Below the pieces are notes generated by a model that saw only the letters and a program-made list of their open reading frames with translations, had not been told where the DNA came from and searched no databases. The position numbers and the translations under genes are program-made. DNA of 51,898 nt, the filler included, from Dimargaris cristalligena (taxonomy: Eukaryota): the NCBI GenBank assembly GCA_003614675.1. It is 3 parts of 3 records of this genome, joined end to end, with 100 filler letters (N's around TTAATTAATTAA, not from the genome) between each part and the next. Parts side by side here need not be neighbours in the genome. Positions count along the whole stretch, not along the records: positions 1 to 17,234 come from ML002813.1; 2 more parts are not named here. The stretch is one strand, 5' to 3'. Shown here one piece after another: positions 1 through 12,831 of this stretch (positions are counted from its first letter, which is position 1; every line of letters begins with the position of its first letter).

Positions 1-1558
1 TCTAGGGTATTCAGTGGTGGCGGAAAGCAGTAGTTGGTCTTAAAACCATTGTTGGGATAACCACTGGTGGTCCTGGGTCACTTGATGTGGTTGGCTGGGA
101 ATGTTGGGGATGTTGGTGGCACTGCTGGTTTTGATTGAGTTCTGAGTGAGTTTATTCTAATAAACTTGGTAGCTTAGTTGCTGGGGACATCATGGGAACA
201 TTCAGTACTTGAGTGTTGGGGATTCTTGTAGGATGACTGGGGGAATCACCAGACTGGTCCTGAGGATATCCTGGTGACCTGGGCCTGGGAACAGGTGCCA
301 CTAAAACTTGTGGTTCTTGGGGAGTTAGTATAACATATTTATAATAAAATAACCAGTACATACTACTACTAGTTCATTATAACAACTACAAGCTTTCCAT
401 TTGCCATTAGTTCACAATTTACCACCTGTGCAATTTACCATCACTTTGTAATTTACCAGAAGTTCCTATTATTCAACAAGCTAATCAATCCTAAATATAG
501 ATAGCCTATGATTATAATTTGGAACAGCTACATTTATTATTAGTTCCTAGCCATATAAATACTAGCATTGTTGCACCTTCTTGAATTCAGTAACTGGTTT
601 TGTTTTCCTCATTTTTCCTAATAATTTCTTTACTTCCAATTTTTGTTAATTATCTACTGTTTTTATTAAACTATTTATGTCTTTGCCAAATACCATCACA
701 TATTATTATTATGTAACAGTGGTGAAATAGTTAAAATAAAAAAACAAATAGTAATAAACATCTGGTTGGCACCTGGGTTAACCACTCTTAGTCCATCAAA
801 AGTCCCAAGGATAGGCTTCTAATAGTAGGTGGGGCTTAGGCTCAGCTAAGTGGGCTACTAGTATTGGGTATCAGGCATGGCACTGTTATGTACCAATAAG
901 GTACAATGGAAACTACCAAAATATAGGAATAGACATTTATTGTATAGGGTATTATAAAACAGGGAAGAGCCTCCCAGAGCAACAGGGGGGTGGGAGTACT
1001 TAGTTTTCATAACTAATGATAGGGAAAATCACTTTGTCCTAGTGTATGGCACACTCACACTATTACTGGCTGAGTATCCTGTTACAATACTAACTAATAA
1101 AGGCTTAGTGGTAGGGTTATGTAAGGAAAATACTATGGGTACACTTACCAGTCAATATGAGGGGGAGTGAGCATATATAGAGTTTTTTGGGGGTAAACTA
1201 GGGGTAATAATAAGCTAAGGAATCTAACTAGTACTAATAGGGCCTAGTTATATATATGGAGATAACTCCAGAGGGAGGTCCTAAGGGAAGAATATTACTA
1301 AGACTAAGGTATAGATAAATAGGCTGACCAGATAGTTGCAGGTATCTGGAAGTCTCTGGTGGTAATTGGAAGAGTCTTTGGATCAGTACTTGAGTGATTA
1401 GTGTAAAGGGGTAGAGTCCAGAAGAGGAAGGGTTATATAATATAGGATAATTCCATAGTACTGGGGGTGGCTGTGGGAAGGTTAATATAGTACTATAAGG
1501 CCCAATATGATCAGATACTAAGCCAACTGGATTAAGGAGAGTTAGATGGTCTGTTAAA
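1..1558. repeat. Degenerate, CpG-erased repetitive DNA at the contig start (unidentified element or multicopy gene relic)
   Basis: By eye there is only one CpG (position 21) before position 1933. No intact ORF with a recognisable domain. Bases 1-36 match 51863-51898 at 30/36. Three copies of (C/T)AATTTACCA lie at 415-458. Confidence 0.55.
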
Positions 1559-1649
1559 GGCAAATACTATTAGGTAATAATACATATCCCACTAATTTTC
1601 CCATACACATATCAGTTAAAACTTTATACAGCTGAGCCAAACTTCACCC
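1559..1649 (+). mobile_element. 5'-truncated copy of the 136-bp MITE
   Basis: GGCAAATACTA...TTTTCCCATACA...TTATACAGCTGAGCCAAACTTCACCC aligns with the right two-thirds of the copies at 2145-2280 and 9977-10112. The left part is replaced by the CpG-erased repeat. Confidence 0.7.
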
Positions 1650-2144
1650 ACATATTTTTGATATCTTCTGTACCCAATCCTTCCTTTAATTACAAAAGGG
1701 CTTCTTGATAGATTGAATACCTGCACCCCCTTCCCATAAGCATTTTGTTTATTGATTGAACAACTACTATCTGCACACTTTAGGAGGGTGTGCACCTCAC
1801 ACTATCTATAATTCCAAATTCTCTAATGTCCTGCTTTAAAACTAGCTCCAAATTAGATGAGATTTGGCCCATTTGTTAAGCTAGTTTACTACTAATTAGA
1901 CCTACTTCCTCTTATCTTATACTTGGTGTTGGCGCTAGGGCTGTATCACTTGACAAAGGTGCATGTTTGTGCGAGTGTGGCTATCCTGGACCAAGTATAA
2001 CCATGTCAACAATTACCAGTAAACTATTGATATTCATCAGCAGGAGTGGACAAGTACAGTACATTGAATTTCTGGGCTAATGGTATATTTACCCCCCACC
2101 CCCGCATAATCTAATACAGCAATTGCCTGTAATAGTATTAATGT

Positions 2145-2280
2145 GGGAGTAGTTCAATAAGGTTGTATAATGAAAAATCTATTTGATGAGGCAAATACTA
2201 CTAGTTGAAAATAAACATCCTACCGATTTTCCCATACAAATACCAGATAAAACCTTATACAGCCGAGCTGAACTTCACCT
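2145..2280 (+). mobile_element. 136-bp MITE-like element flanked by a 4-bp direct repeat (ATGT)
   Basis: Imperfect terminal inverted repeats GGGAGTAGTTCA.../...TGAACTTCACCT. ATGT at 2141-2144 and 2281-2284. Same length as, and colinear with, 9977-10112. Confidence 0.75.
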
Positions 2281-3978
2281 ATGTAACAAAAAACTGCAAG
2301 GGTTCTGGGCAATTGCACCGGCAGAGGGTAAGATTAGCTAATGTCCGATAGACTAGACTGTTTTTTAGTATAGTATGACTAAACATACCCCGGTAAACTC
2401 ATTGAATGGGCCCGTGTTTTCATGTACCTTGACTACTTTATTTTTAGAGGATATACAATACGGAGAGACGCATGGCACAAGTTGGGAAAAATTGCATTCG
2501 CATGCTTACTACTTGAATTTTGTTATCCCCCTAATTTATTGGCTATTGCAAAACGTCGATACCTACGTGTTGTACTATATAGTGGTAATTAGGATGCCCC
2601 CCTCTTCTGCCGTGTGTTTAACCTGGGAGTTGCGGCGCTGTATTTTGCCAAGTTTCGCATTGATTACCCACTCCATTGACATAACTTGTCTGCGTTTTCA
2701 TATGCCATCCTACCCAGTGGCTATTGCCCATGAATCATGGGGTATTCCAGTGTGTATCGATCTGTAAGGTTGGGGCTGTAGTGGGAGGAGCAGTGGGGAT
2801 GCCGTGTCAGCAAACTGGGTGCCGATAGGAGGATAGTATGGGTGGAGAGTGCGCCGGGCTAGAAGGTGAACACAATTGATCTGGAATGCACACATTTCTG
2901 GAATCGTCAATGATTGTCTTTCTGTTCCACTCACCCAGATGGTATTTTCGCTCGACTACACTCCTCAAAATACTTTACTACGGGATCGGCGCAGGTCCTG
3001 TTAAATCCAATGATACACATTTCGTGAGAATCCACCTGTAGCAGTGCTCAGGAAAGTTGAGTATGAGCACCTGATCCGAAGTTGCGCAATTTTTGCCTAA
3101 ATTCGAATTGAACAATTCTATTCACTACTCTTTTGTCGCAAAATACCGGCGGAGTTGGCGACTTTCGAATGAGGGGAACGGTGAAGCAGCGGTGGTTGCC
3201 AATAAACACAATGGTCACTGGGAGAGGGATGATGCGTGTTTGGTGAGCGTGTGAATTGCTGGCTTGCTATAAGTTAGGCGTGTTGGCGGTGGGCCTGGGT
3301 TGAAGTTGGCTGCTGGGCAATACAAAAAAGGGCGGTTACCAATTGATGTATATATATATATGCATTCACTCTCCCATCCCACAGTGGGCCAGCTGGTCGC
3401 TGCCGAGACTGCATATATTCCACTACTGTATATAGCGAGCATGGGGAAAGCGACATACGCCCGCCTCGTCTTCTTGTGTTTCTTGCGAATTGCTTTGGAA
3501 TTATCAAGTACTTGGGCGATATCACCGCCCTCGGCCAATCTGGCCATATGTTCGTTACTGTGAACGGATCACCGAGCCCACTCATCAACATTCACTCTCC
3601 GCGCCTAAAATCGACTCCCTCCGCAAATCCAGCTTCCTTTTCTTCTATTGTTCTTTGCCAACAGTTGGCATTCTGTGCGTTTTTCTCTAGGTTTCCCTGT
3701 GTTTTAGTCGTACCTTGGTATCGCCTTGGTTTAGACACCTGTCGGACATCGCCTAGGCACCTCCCTGGGTTTATATAGACGGGTTGTCCTGTTGGCCCTT
3801 GGTTGATTATTTCGCCCCTTTCATGTGTGGCCCTGTTTTGCCAGCCATTATTATTTTGTTTGTAGTTGGGTTTTTACACCCCATTAATTTGCTCGGTTAG
3901 GGTCACTTAATACCAACCCTTTTGCATCATATATAGCCGGCGACTTTTTTTTACACCAGTAACTCTTATACCGCAGCA

Positions 3979-6973
3979 ATGCCTCCCACTTGTTTTATCG
4001 TTATGCGGGGCTCCGTCAATACCCGGGTGCTCATTCCCAACAGCCGCACGTTTCGCCAGTTGTGCCTTCTGGCCCTACTTCTCAGTTGTCTGGCCCGCTC
4101 GGCCCAGGGACTTCTAAGACGGGCCACCAACTCGAGCTCGGCCGTCAATTTGCGCATCAACAACTTCCAAAACTGCAATAGCGATTCGCCCGTGCAGTTT
4201 AGCATTCCCATTGTAAACTACATCGAGGACACCAACCAGTTCGACCTGCAGCTGTCGGTCAACAACCGCGACCCCATAACAGGGGGTGAAAGTAAGTGGC
4301 TTCGGTTCAGTATTGTGTGATTTTTCTTCTCGCCAGTCAGGGGTGGCCGACCTTCGGCGGCGTTTGAAAAGGCACCCAGTATTCCCGAGCACTATTGGCC
4401 AGTATAAGGATAATCGAGTCCCCTAATACAATACTTAGCCCAATCCTTATATATCCTTTCCATTTGATCAACCATTAGCCATTATTGTGCTCGAGGTATT
4501 AGGAAATACCGTGGGCCATGAAACTACGCCATCGTGTGACATGGCGTCAACAAGTTGCCCCATCGAAGAAGGCGACCAGTTGCTCGAAAAAACAATCGAT
4601 GTGCCCGGGGACATTGTATCGGTGGCCAAGAAGGTCCTCTCGGTGCCCGGTGTGAGCGTCGACGGCAGAGTGACTATTCAGGACGAGAGTGGCACCGAAA
4701 TTGGATGTCTCCAGTTCTCCATGGAGAGCGAATCATCACTATATCGGGCTCCCGTGGCCATCACCGTAGGCGTAGCCGTGGGTCTAGCGGGGCTCGTCAC
4801 CTTTTTGGCCAATGTTTTCCAATCCTCCTCGGCGGCGCCTTTGGAATCGACTGCCGCCAACGCGGCCGCGGTGGCATTACCCGTCGGAGGGGTGGCCCTA
4901 GGACTGTCGGCCATCGCTAAAGCCAACGTCTTCTCTGGCCCCACGCCTAATGTACTCGATATCATGTCATTTGCCCAATTCGTAACCACCACCGGGGCCC
5001 TGAGTTTAAACTACCCCCCGGTTTACCAGCAGTTCATCGCCAATTTCGGGTGGAGTGTTGGTATCGTTCGCCTACCATTCCTGGAGTCCCTTTACGACCG
5101 GCTCCAGCCCCTGTCAGCCCAAAATGCGACAGTCCTGGTCCGCCGGGCCGTTGGCGATGACCCCCTTCAGATTGGGCTGGGTGGATCCAACAACTCCACC
5201 ATATTGCAACTCGATCCCGATGCCATTGGTATCCAAAGATACGCTGCTTTAGTTGGTGTTCCACCCCAGCACATTTTTATCAATATGTTCGCCGTGTTCG
5301 TGATTTTACTCCTTATTGCCCTGGTATTTTGCCTGCTGGTGCGCTTCATCATTTTCACGGTGGTGCGTTTTCGCCCATTCCGGTTTATGGCTATGCGTCG
5401 CTATTTCTTCCACTGGACCAGCGGTGTCATTCTCCGGATTTTTGTCATGGCGTATCTCCCGCTCGCCGCCGTCTCCTTTTTGGAGATTACCCTGGGTCCC
5501 CAGCAACCGGGTCAGCAGGCGTTTGCCTATATCTTCCTGGTGGGCCTCTGTTTTCTTCTTATTGCCGTTTTGAGTTTCATAGTTATTCGAACGGGGCCCC
5601 GCACGTTATACACAAATGACCGGTATTTGTACTCCTACGGCCCCCTTTATGTTCATTATGTTGTTAATAATTATGCCTTCTTCGTGGCACTTTTCGCGTA
5701 CAAGATTGTGCAGGCTTCGATTCTAGGCACAGCTGGTAAAGCCGTTATTGCCCAAGTGGCCATTCTGGCTGCTAACGAGCTCATTTACCTGCTTTTGATG
5801 CTGATCCGGAGCCCGTTTGTACGCAAATTGGACCGCAACCTCAACATCACCATCGGTGTCCTGCGCCTCGTCAATACCGCGCTCTTGGTAACCTTTATCG
5901 TTCACGTAAACGCCAGTACCCTGGTACGGTTAATTATTGCGGTTGTATGCATGGTGTTGCAGGTGGTTGTCCTAGCCTGCTACATTATTCTAGTGGTTTA
6001 TACTGCGTTCCAGGGTATCAGCGATTTTATTCTAAACAAGAACATCAAACCAGTGTTTGAAGAGGACCGGTCTACTAACCTAGAGGCCGCGGCCAATGGC
6101 CCTGGTGGAGCTGATGGCAGTACCAACACTTTTTCCATTACTCGGGACCGAAGCGTCATTCGTGACGCAAATGCGGCGGCGGCATTGGCGGCAAGTAAAA
6201 AGGGCCGCTTCCGAGCCCAGCTTGCCCGGGGAAACACCTTGCTGTCCCGCCTAACCGGGACCAGTTCGACCGTCGGTGCCCACCGCAGCAACCGCAGCGG
6301 TCGGTCGTCCGTTGCATCCCCAGTGGGGAGCAATGTGATATATTTGCCCATCAGTAATCCGGTGGCTCTTTCGCCATCAGAACACCCCACGATGTCCTCG
6401 ACCGGTGATGATACTCCCAGTGAAACGCCGGCCCATAACGCACACTACTACCAGGGCTTGCCCCGTCCCCCTGTGCCCACACCATCTAGTGGCCTTGACC
6501 ATCACCGCCGGTCAGATTTCTCGGACTCCGAGCCTTCGACCATTTCCGGGGCTGGGCTTAGGTCTTCCCTTTTAATGGGGCCAAGGGGATCGCAGTCAGA
6601 CATGCCAATGACCCGTTCGTCAGTGGTTGACAGTTCGCATGACCCTGATAACCAACACCCGCCTCTACATCAGCAATATCCCCCGGCCTTACCGTGTAAC
6701 TCTTCCACCTCCATAAGGGAGACTCCTTTAGCTGGCGGGCTACTTCCCTATCCTACGGCCCCCCGTGAATCGTTCACCACTTTTGCCGTTACATCTTTAT
6801 CATCGTCCGACCCTCAGTTATCAGACCAAAGTATGGAATACCCACCATCGCCACCGGTTGTGGAAGTATCCCCAGCGGCCATTTCACGAGAGGCCCACGG
6901 CACCACCGGGTTTGCCCAGGCGGACGATGAGATATTTACGCGTAAGAAACAGCGGGGTGGTTATCGGCTCTAA
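3979..6973 (+). CDS. TRP-like ion channel / flavin carrier family protein (Flc/Pkd2 type), 935 aa; exons 3979-4291 and 4479-6973
   Basis: Hydrophobic signal peptide, then a Cys-containing ML-like (TRP_N) domain split by a GTAAGT..TTAG intron that keeps frame. Family motifs 'FAQFVTTTGALSLNYPPVYQQFIANFGWSVG', 'GIQRYA' and 'YGPLYVHY'. Multiple transmembrane helices and a disordered S/P-rich tail. Confidence 0.88.
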
Positions 6974-9900
6974 TCGCAGGGGGTATTCATATCCTAGCCG
7001 TACCTATTTTATATTATATATGCATACTTATATATAGATATATCAATCAGTACCACCAGCCATCCTTGTACGCGAATATTCAGTTGGTTGCCTAGATGGT
7101 CTCCACAGGCACCATTGTATCGCACACGGCACTATTCCTATTTTTTGTTATTAAACACCAAGCTTAAATATTTCGCGAGGACTAACTAAAATTACCCTAT
7201 ATGAATGTTTATTTAAAGTGGGTGCAATCTGACTATTGCTTAGCAATATTATAGTATATAGTGCCAGACTAGATTAGCCAAAAGTAAGTACTAACTAGTT
7301 ATAACCCCTGTATTTTCGTATGGGCTTTTTAACAGCCGAATCCTGCTGCTTAATACGACGCGTGAAACTTGCTTACTGGCAGAACAGCGGAATATGTAGA
7401 ATGGTTCTATAGCTATATAGTTTGGCCGCATTAGTTGTGCTATTCGTACGCTGCTGCACTCTTTCATTTATACTATTGATACCTAAAGTATTATACTAAA
7501 ATATTCCAAGTCGCGGATCGCTCCACACAACGACGAGGAGTTGGTAGGATAGTGATAATCCTAGCAGGGCCATGGCCTGCTATATGGTTTAATGATGCCA
7601 ATTTTATTGACTAAGATTATTCTTACTATTTCCCAACGTATGCTCTGACTATATTTCCCACCACTATTTCCCTATTCTCTTAACAAAAGCAACCTAACGA
7701 TTACATCGCTTTTAGTGATAGGTAAATAGGCTAGTATTAAGTCCCCTTGCTTTGTATTCCGACGTACTTAGAGAAGGATCCAGTCCCTCAGGGTCAGTGA
7801 ACCAGACAGTCCACTGATGGTCCTAAAGAAAGGTGAACCAGGGCAGGCTTACTTAGCGAACTGAATCACAGTGCAGTTGTATTACAATGGCGCTGTTAGT
7901 GTGTGGGAGCGGACCAGCGAATGTCCCGTATAATCCGTTGAGTTAGGAAGAGTGCTAGGGGAAGGGGGGTCATGGAAGGCTGAATTTAATGGAAAAGACG
8001 CAACCTAAAACCTAATATTAAGCTAATGTGCGGTAAAAACAGCCAGTCCATTCCAAAACAATTCGCAGCTTAGTGTAGCAAAATAGGGGAGGGGGGTGTC
8101 CCGCCCGCCATCCTTTTCCCGCCAGTATCATAAGGGGCGATATGATTCGACTTTAAGACTTACCTCGTATACTGGACCTGTCACAATACTTAGCCACTTT
8201 TCAAACTACATGGTAGTGGGGCTATATTAATCCTATGACTACACCTGCCCTATCCCCCTAAATTAGGCCTAATAAACCGACCGCTGGGTTGTGTAAAGGA
8301 AGGTTCGAGATAAATTCCTAGCTACCGAGACCCCGGCCGGCCGGCTATCGTGCGCTGCAGATTCTTAATAGGCAGAGTTTAGGAGTGGCCTTGGCACCAA
8401 TTTGAACATTCATGAATGACACGCGGTGGATGCTATGGGCTACTTCGTCGGCAATGCTATTGGCATTTTGCTGCCCTATTTCCTTTGTTCCATTATTTTT
8501 CTTGCCAAGCCTAGTGGGGGCTCAAGCCTTAGCCGCGCGATGGTTCCACTTGGGTGGCACCTGTACTGTCCGGGTTGCCTTTTGAAGCCTACCAGCCAGA
8601 CTAATCGGAATGGAGGTGTAGGTAGCACCAACAGCGGCCGCTGAAGTTCTCGCGGCATAGTTCCGGGACCAAAGCGGCCGAACAAGAGGATGTAGGCAAA
8701 AACGGGGGAGGGGGCAAGATATGCGAATGCGCGTGTGTAGGACCGGTCTCGTTCATGTATTACCCTTCCTACCGTCGGATAGCGGGCCTCCCCACCGCCT
8801 GCTCAAAAAAAAGGAAGAAAGAAATATAGGCGCAGTGCCGAAGGGGCTTTAAGAGTCGTATATGTGTTTGCGCCCCCCTTGGTTTGGGCAGGGGGAAGTC
8901 CAGGTGGCTCTGTAGATGGGATTCAACGCCATAGACCACCACCTCCCGTCCTTTCATTTCCCTTGCAGCTAATAGAGTATCCAATAGCGGTGGTTTAGGG
9001 TGGGCTCTACTATGACATGTGCGGCCCACTCGGAATTCCTATTGACTCCAATCAAGGATAACCGGAAAGCACACTAGAGACTGCTTTGGGCTGGTCTATT
9101 CCGATCCCCCCTTCGGTTTAACGATAGCATGTACTTGATGATTTGCCATAGTGCATCAAACTAGGCGGCCCCGGCCACCTCCAAAAATCAAGCCAAGAGC
9201 CCAAGAGGGTGGGGCGGGCGGTGGTCGATGAAATGGTCTAGAATCTCGCTAAAATGGCCCTCTAGAATCTCGCTACAATGGCCAGAAAGTGGGTACTGAC
9301 ACCAGCTACTTCCCTCAACTTACCCTCGGATCCCCCCCCCATCCTATTAATAGCCACTATCCGGCTACATTGTCGTAAAAATAGGCCTATATGGTAATTA
9401 GCCAGTCGACGAATGGTTTTATTGGCAGTGAGGAAGGAAGCCACGGGAAGAATGATGACCCGGCGCGGGCCCTTAGCGAGGAACTCGCACCGCGTTGTAT
9501 GGTCCTTGAAAAGCCGGGGCCTTTGGCCTGATTGATCAAAGTGGACCGTCGATGTTCCTATTATTCCTGGTGGCTTCGGTTATCGCCCAGTATGTATATT
9601 TGTATCCTATCCACCACATACAGTAAAAATACGCGTACGGAGGAATTACGCGGCACCGGCCATGTTCCGAAGCAACCGCAGATATCTGCTGGTTCATTCT
9701 TGCACCCATAGCGAGCCTATATTAGGGCCAATTCATTGGTATTAGCACCTTAGCTTTCCGCTTTTACTTTACTGCCCTCTACAGTTACTTTCACTGCAAC
9801 CCCCATCGGCCCAAATGAGGTCATTTAAACGGAGCTGTATCAGGTGCGGTATCGCGATTGTTACTATTAAAGGGTATATTGCTTTTTTCACAGCCGTAAT

Positions 9901-9976
9901 GCTGTACAGTTTTGGCTATCGGTCTATTATATTCTAGCGCTATACTGCCAATATGGCCATCGGAAAGTATACATAT

Positions 9977-10112
9977 GGGAGAAGTTCATCCAAGCTGTAT
10001 AACGAAAAATCCATTAAATTCAGCCAATATTACTAGTTAAAAATGCATTCCCCATGTATTTTCCCATACACGTATAATGCAAACCCTTATATTGCTGGGC
10101 CGAATTTCACCC
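9977..10112 (+). mobile_element. 136-bp MITE-like element flanked by ATAT
   Basis: Imperfect ~27-bp TIR: GGGAGAAGTTCATCCAAGCTGTATAA versus the reverse complement of the right end, GGGTGAAATTCGGCCCAGCAATATAA. ATAT at 9973-9976 and 10113-10116. Confidence 0.75.
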
Positions 10113-12831
10113 ATATTGTCATATCGCCAAGCCAGCTGATAGAGTCACCCAACAGCCAACTGCGCCCTAACCGCCTTTTATTTAAAATAGTCTATATACC
10201 ACATACCCCACTTCATTTTTGTAGTCAAATAGCGAACCGTTCGGCCCACTATGGCCCTACCTAGTCTCCACCGGAAGCCAGCGCTGGTGGTGAGTATTGG
10301 ACCGTTTTGGGCGTCGGGCCGAGGAGTTTTTAAACTAGGACCGTCCAATTTTACCGACGAGTTAAAAAAGTGGTTGCACAATGGCCTTCGGCTCGGTCAC
10401 CCACTTTGTTCATTCTATATTTAACGACGAGTCTACTATTATACCAAACCGACGGAATGGTTTTACGGTAGACCCCTCCCTCTCCCTCGCCACTCTATTC
10501 TCGGCTAGCAGGAAACTGGCTTGTATTGTTACGAAATGGGCGTGTATTTTTAAAATTCATTGTATTGCGCAGGCCCCCCCCGGACTCAACCCCGCCTTAT
10601 CCTATATATATCAACTGGCACGTTCGCCATCCCAGTTTCAATTAACTCTATTACTGTTGCCATTTTTCTATTGAGAGCCCGGTTTTCGGCCTCCCCCCCC
10701 TCTTCCCCAAGTTACTTTACTCATAGCCCCATTTGATAGCGCCTCGTGCTAATATAATACTACGCCTGTTCACCCCACGCTTCTATAGTTTAACCAACTT
10801 TCATACACTCTAATTGCCCTTGGAAAAAACGTGAATTTACCTACTTCTTTCCCCTTCGGCTCTCCTCTACCCTTAATTTTGGGTACCCTGCTGCCTTTAC
10901 CACCCATCCAACAGCTACTAGTATTGGTTAAGCACTAATCAATTTAATTAAAACCACTATTTACGAGCTGAATGATACAGCGTATGCCGTTTACTGAGCC
11001 ACTACTTGGTTTATTTTTATCGTCCCGTTTTAGTCATTAACCGGTTATTTATATCGCCCCTCCCCTTTTGTTTACCACCGAAATCCCCTAATTTACAGGG
11101 TTACTATTGATACTGCTGTGGTCGTGTGACTCTTATGCAAAACGGTTAATGTGGTGCCTAGTACGACACTTAAATTGGATTTTGTAGTATATACGACTTG
11201 TTTGCTTTTGTTTTGCCCCTCATCGCCACACCCCCTCCCAACTCCAGCCGTCTGCCACAAAGCCATAATTATAATCACTCTCGTTTTGAACTATCCAGCT
11301 GGCCATTCGGTAAGTCCCTAGTTAATCTAGTGTATGCCACACTGTCCTATTTCCGTTTTGTTGGGCCATTAGGTTGTTATGGGTATACATAGCCGTGCCC
11401 CTGGGTACCACTGTGGTATTCGATCCCTGGTGTTTACCCTTTTGTTTAGTTACCCTGCAGTTAGCAAGTCCTTATAATCCCTACCTAGCACAGTATACTG
11501 CACTGTATCATATCCCTGTCAGTCCCTGAAGTGCCCTCCTCCCCTTTATGTTCTTCCCACTATCTTTAATATCATTTCGCCCATACCGGTTGACTTAACA
11601 CTCATGATACCGTATTACTGGTTTAAGCCGGCCTGTCCCAAAAATTAAGCGAAAGATAAAAGGGAAAATGCCCATTACTACTACAGCAAGGGGCCGCAGG
11701 GCACTGTGTAATGCTATGTACCACCACCGCCGACTAACCACTATCCATGTATCTTTGCTATGTATACTGCTTTGGTTTATTATCATTCCCTGGACTATTC
11801 TCGTATAGCTACAACTCACGTTAAAGGTCTAAATAACCCATACATAACAGATACAATAGGGGAAAATAATACAGGGTCACTGGAGGAGAACCCAGTCCCA
11901 TACCCTGAGCGCGCACTTTGCCTTGGCTTCTCTCTGCCTCACCCCTCTTCCCCTTTTCCCTTCGTCGCCTTCATTTGGGTCAAGTGGTGAATTGTGGTCG
12001 GACTGTTTTTTAAGCAACCCTCCCCACGGCGCGATATAAAAGGATTGCCCTATCCACCCCCTCCTTCTCGGTACATTGTCGCCTTTTACCTCGCTATTCT
12101 CAATCGTCCATCTTTCCCGTCTAATGCCCTAACAACGCCTACTCTCCACCCAACCCCCAAGACTTAATATTTCTTTCTACGCGCCACCCAGCCGTATTTA
12201 TTCCACATCCTTCGCGCTTCTCCCTATTTTCTTTTCTTTTCTATTCTTTGCGTCATCACCTTCTCGGATTTCAGCCTCGCTTCGCCCATCGCTTGGTCTT
12301 TTACGGGGGTTTATTATATACTTTCATAGGAGCAGTTCGTTACAGCCCACGTTGACCTAATTCTTGACCTCCCCGCCTTTCGTTTGTGGTCTGAACCGCC
12401 GGGTTGAGCCTATTCATTTAATTCCTCTCTAACGACACCCTACTGTTGCTACCAGTCTAATATATAGTCCAGTATTACCCCTCTCCTACCTTCTGGGTTA
12501 CTGCTTTGGTCCATTTGAACTCACCGGTCTTCTCATCTTCGCCTTCTCATTACGCTTATCACTCTCTGTTAGGCTGGGTTGATACTACACTCCCCATTCT
12601 ATTACGTCGATATACCCTTCTTTTCACTTTGTCGTCTATAAGAGATTGCTCTTTCTACCATATCCCTTTTAGACCATTGTCTTACTTAGCTTTCTCTTCG
12701 ACTGGCAATCACCCAGCGTGTTTTTCTCTTACCTCTCCGCCTCTACTGCATCCGGTATTGTTATTACTGGTGCTCCATTTCCCCCCCTCCCCTTCATAAC
12801 CTCACAAGTGCTTGAACTAGATATTTCCATC

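Noticed and set aside
1-36. Match between the window start and end as evidence of a circular element or LTR pair
   Set aside because: The two ends lie on different contigs and differ at 6 of 36 positions, so they are better explained as separate copies of a dispersed repeat.
778-1170. Minus-strand frame with many TAA/TAG stops as evidence of classical CpA-type RIP
   Set aside because: No recognisable ancestral protein, and CpA/TpG remain abundant. The stop density cannot be distinguished from AT-rich background without aligned copies.
9237-9283. 24-bp tandem duplication TCTAGAATCTCGCTA(A/C)AATGGCC
   Set aside because: Real, but only two copies in intergenic DNA with no further structure; most likely replication slippage.
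7000-12000. Short ORFs in the long intergenic regions (also 28400-32600)
   Set aside because: None shows domain motifs, consistent splice chains or the codon bias of the real genes. A small or non-coding gene cannot be excluded without RNA data.
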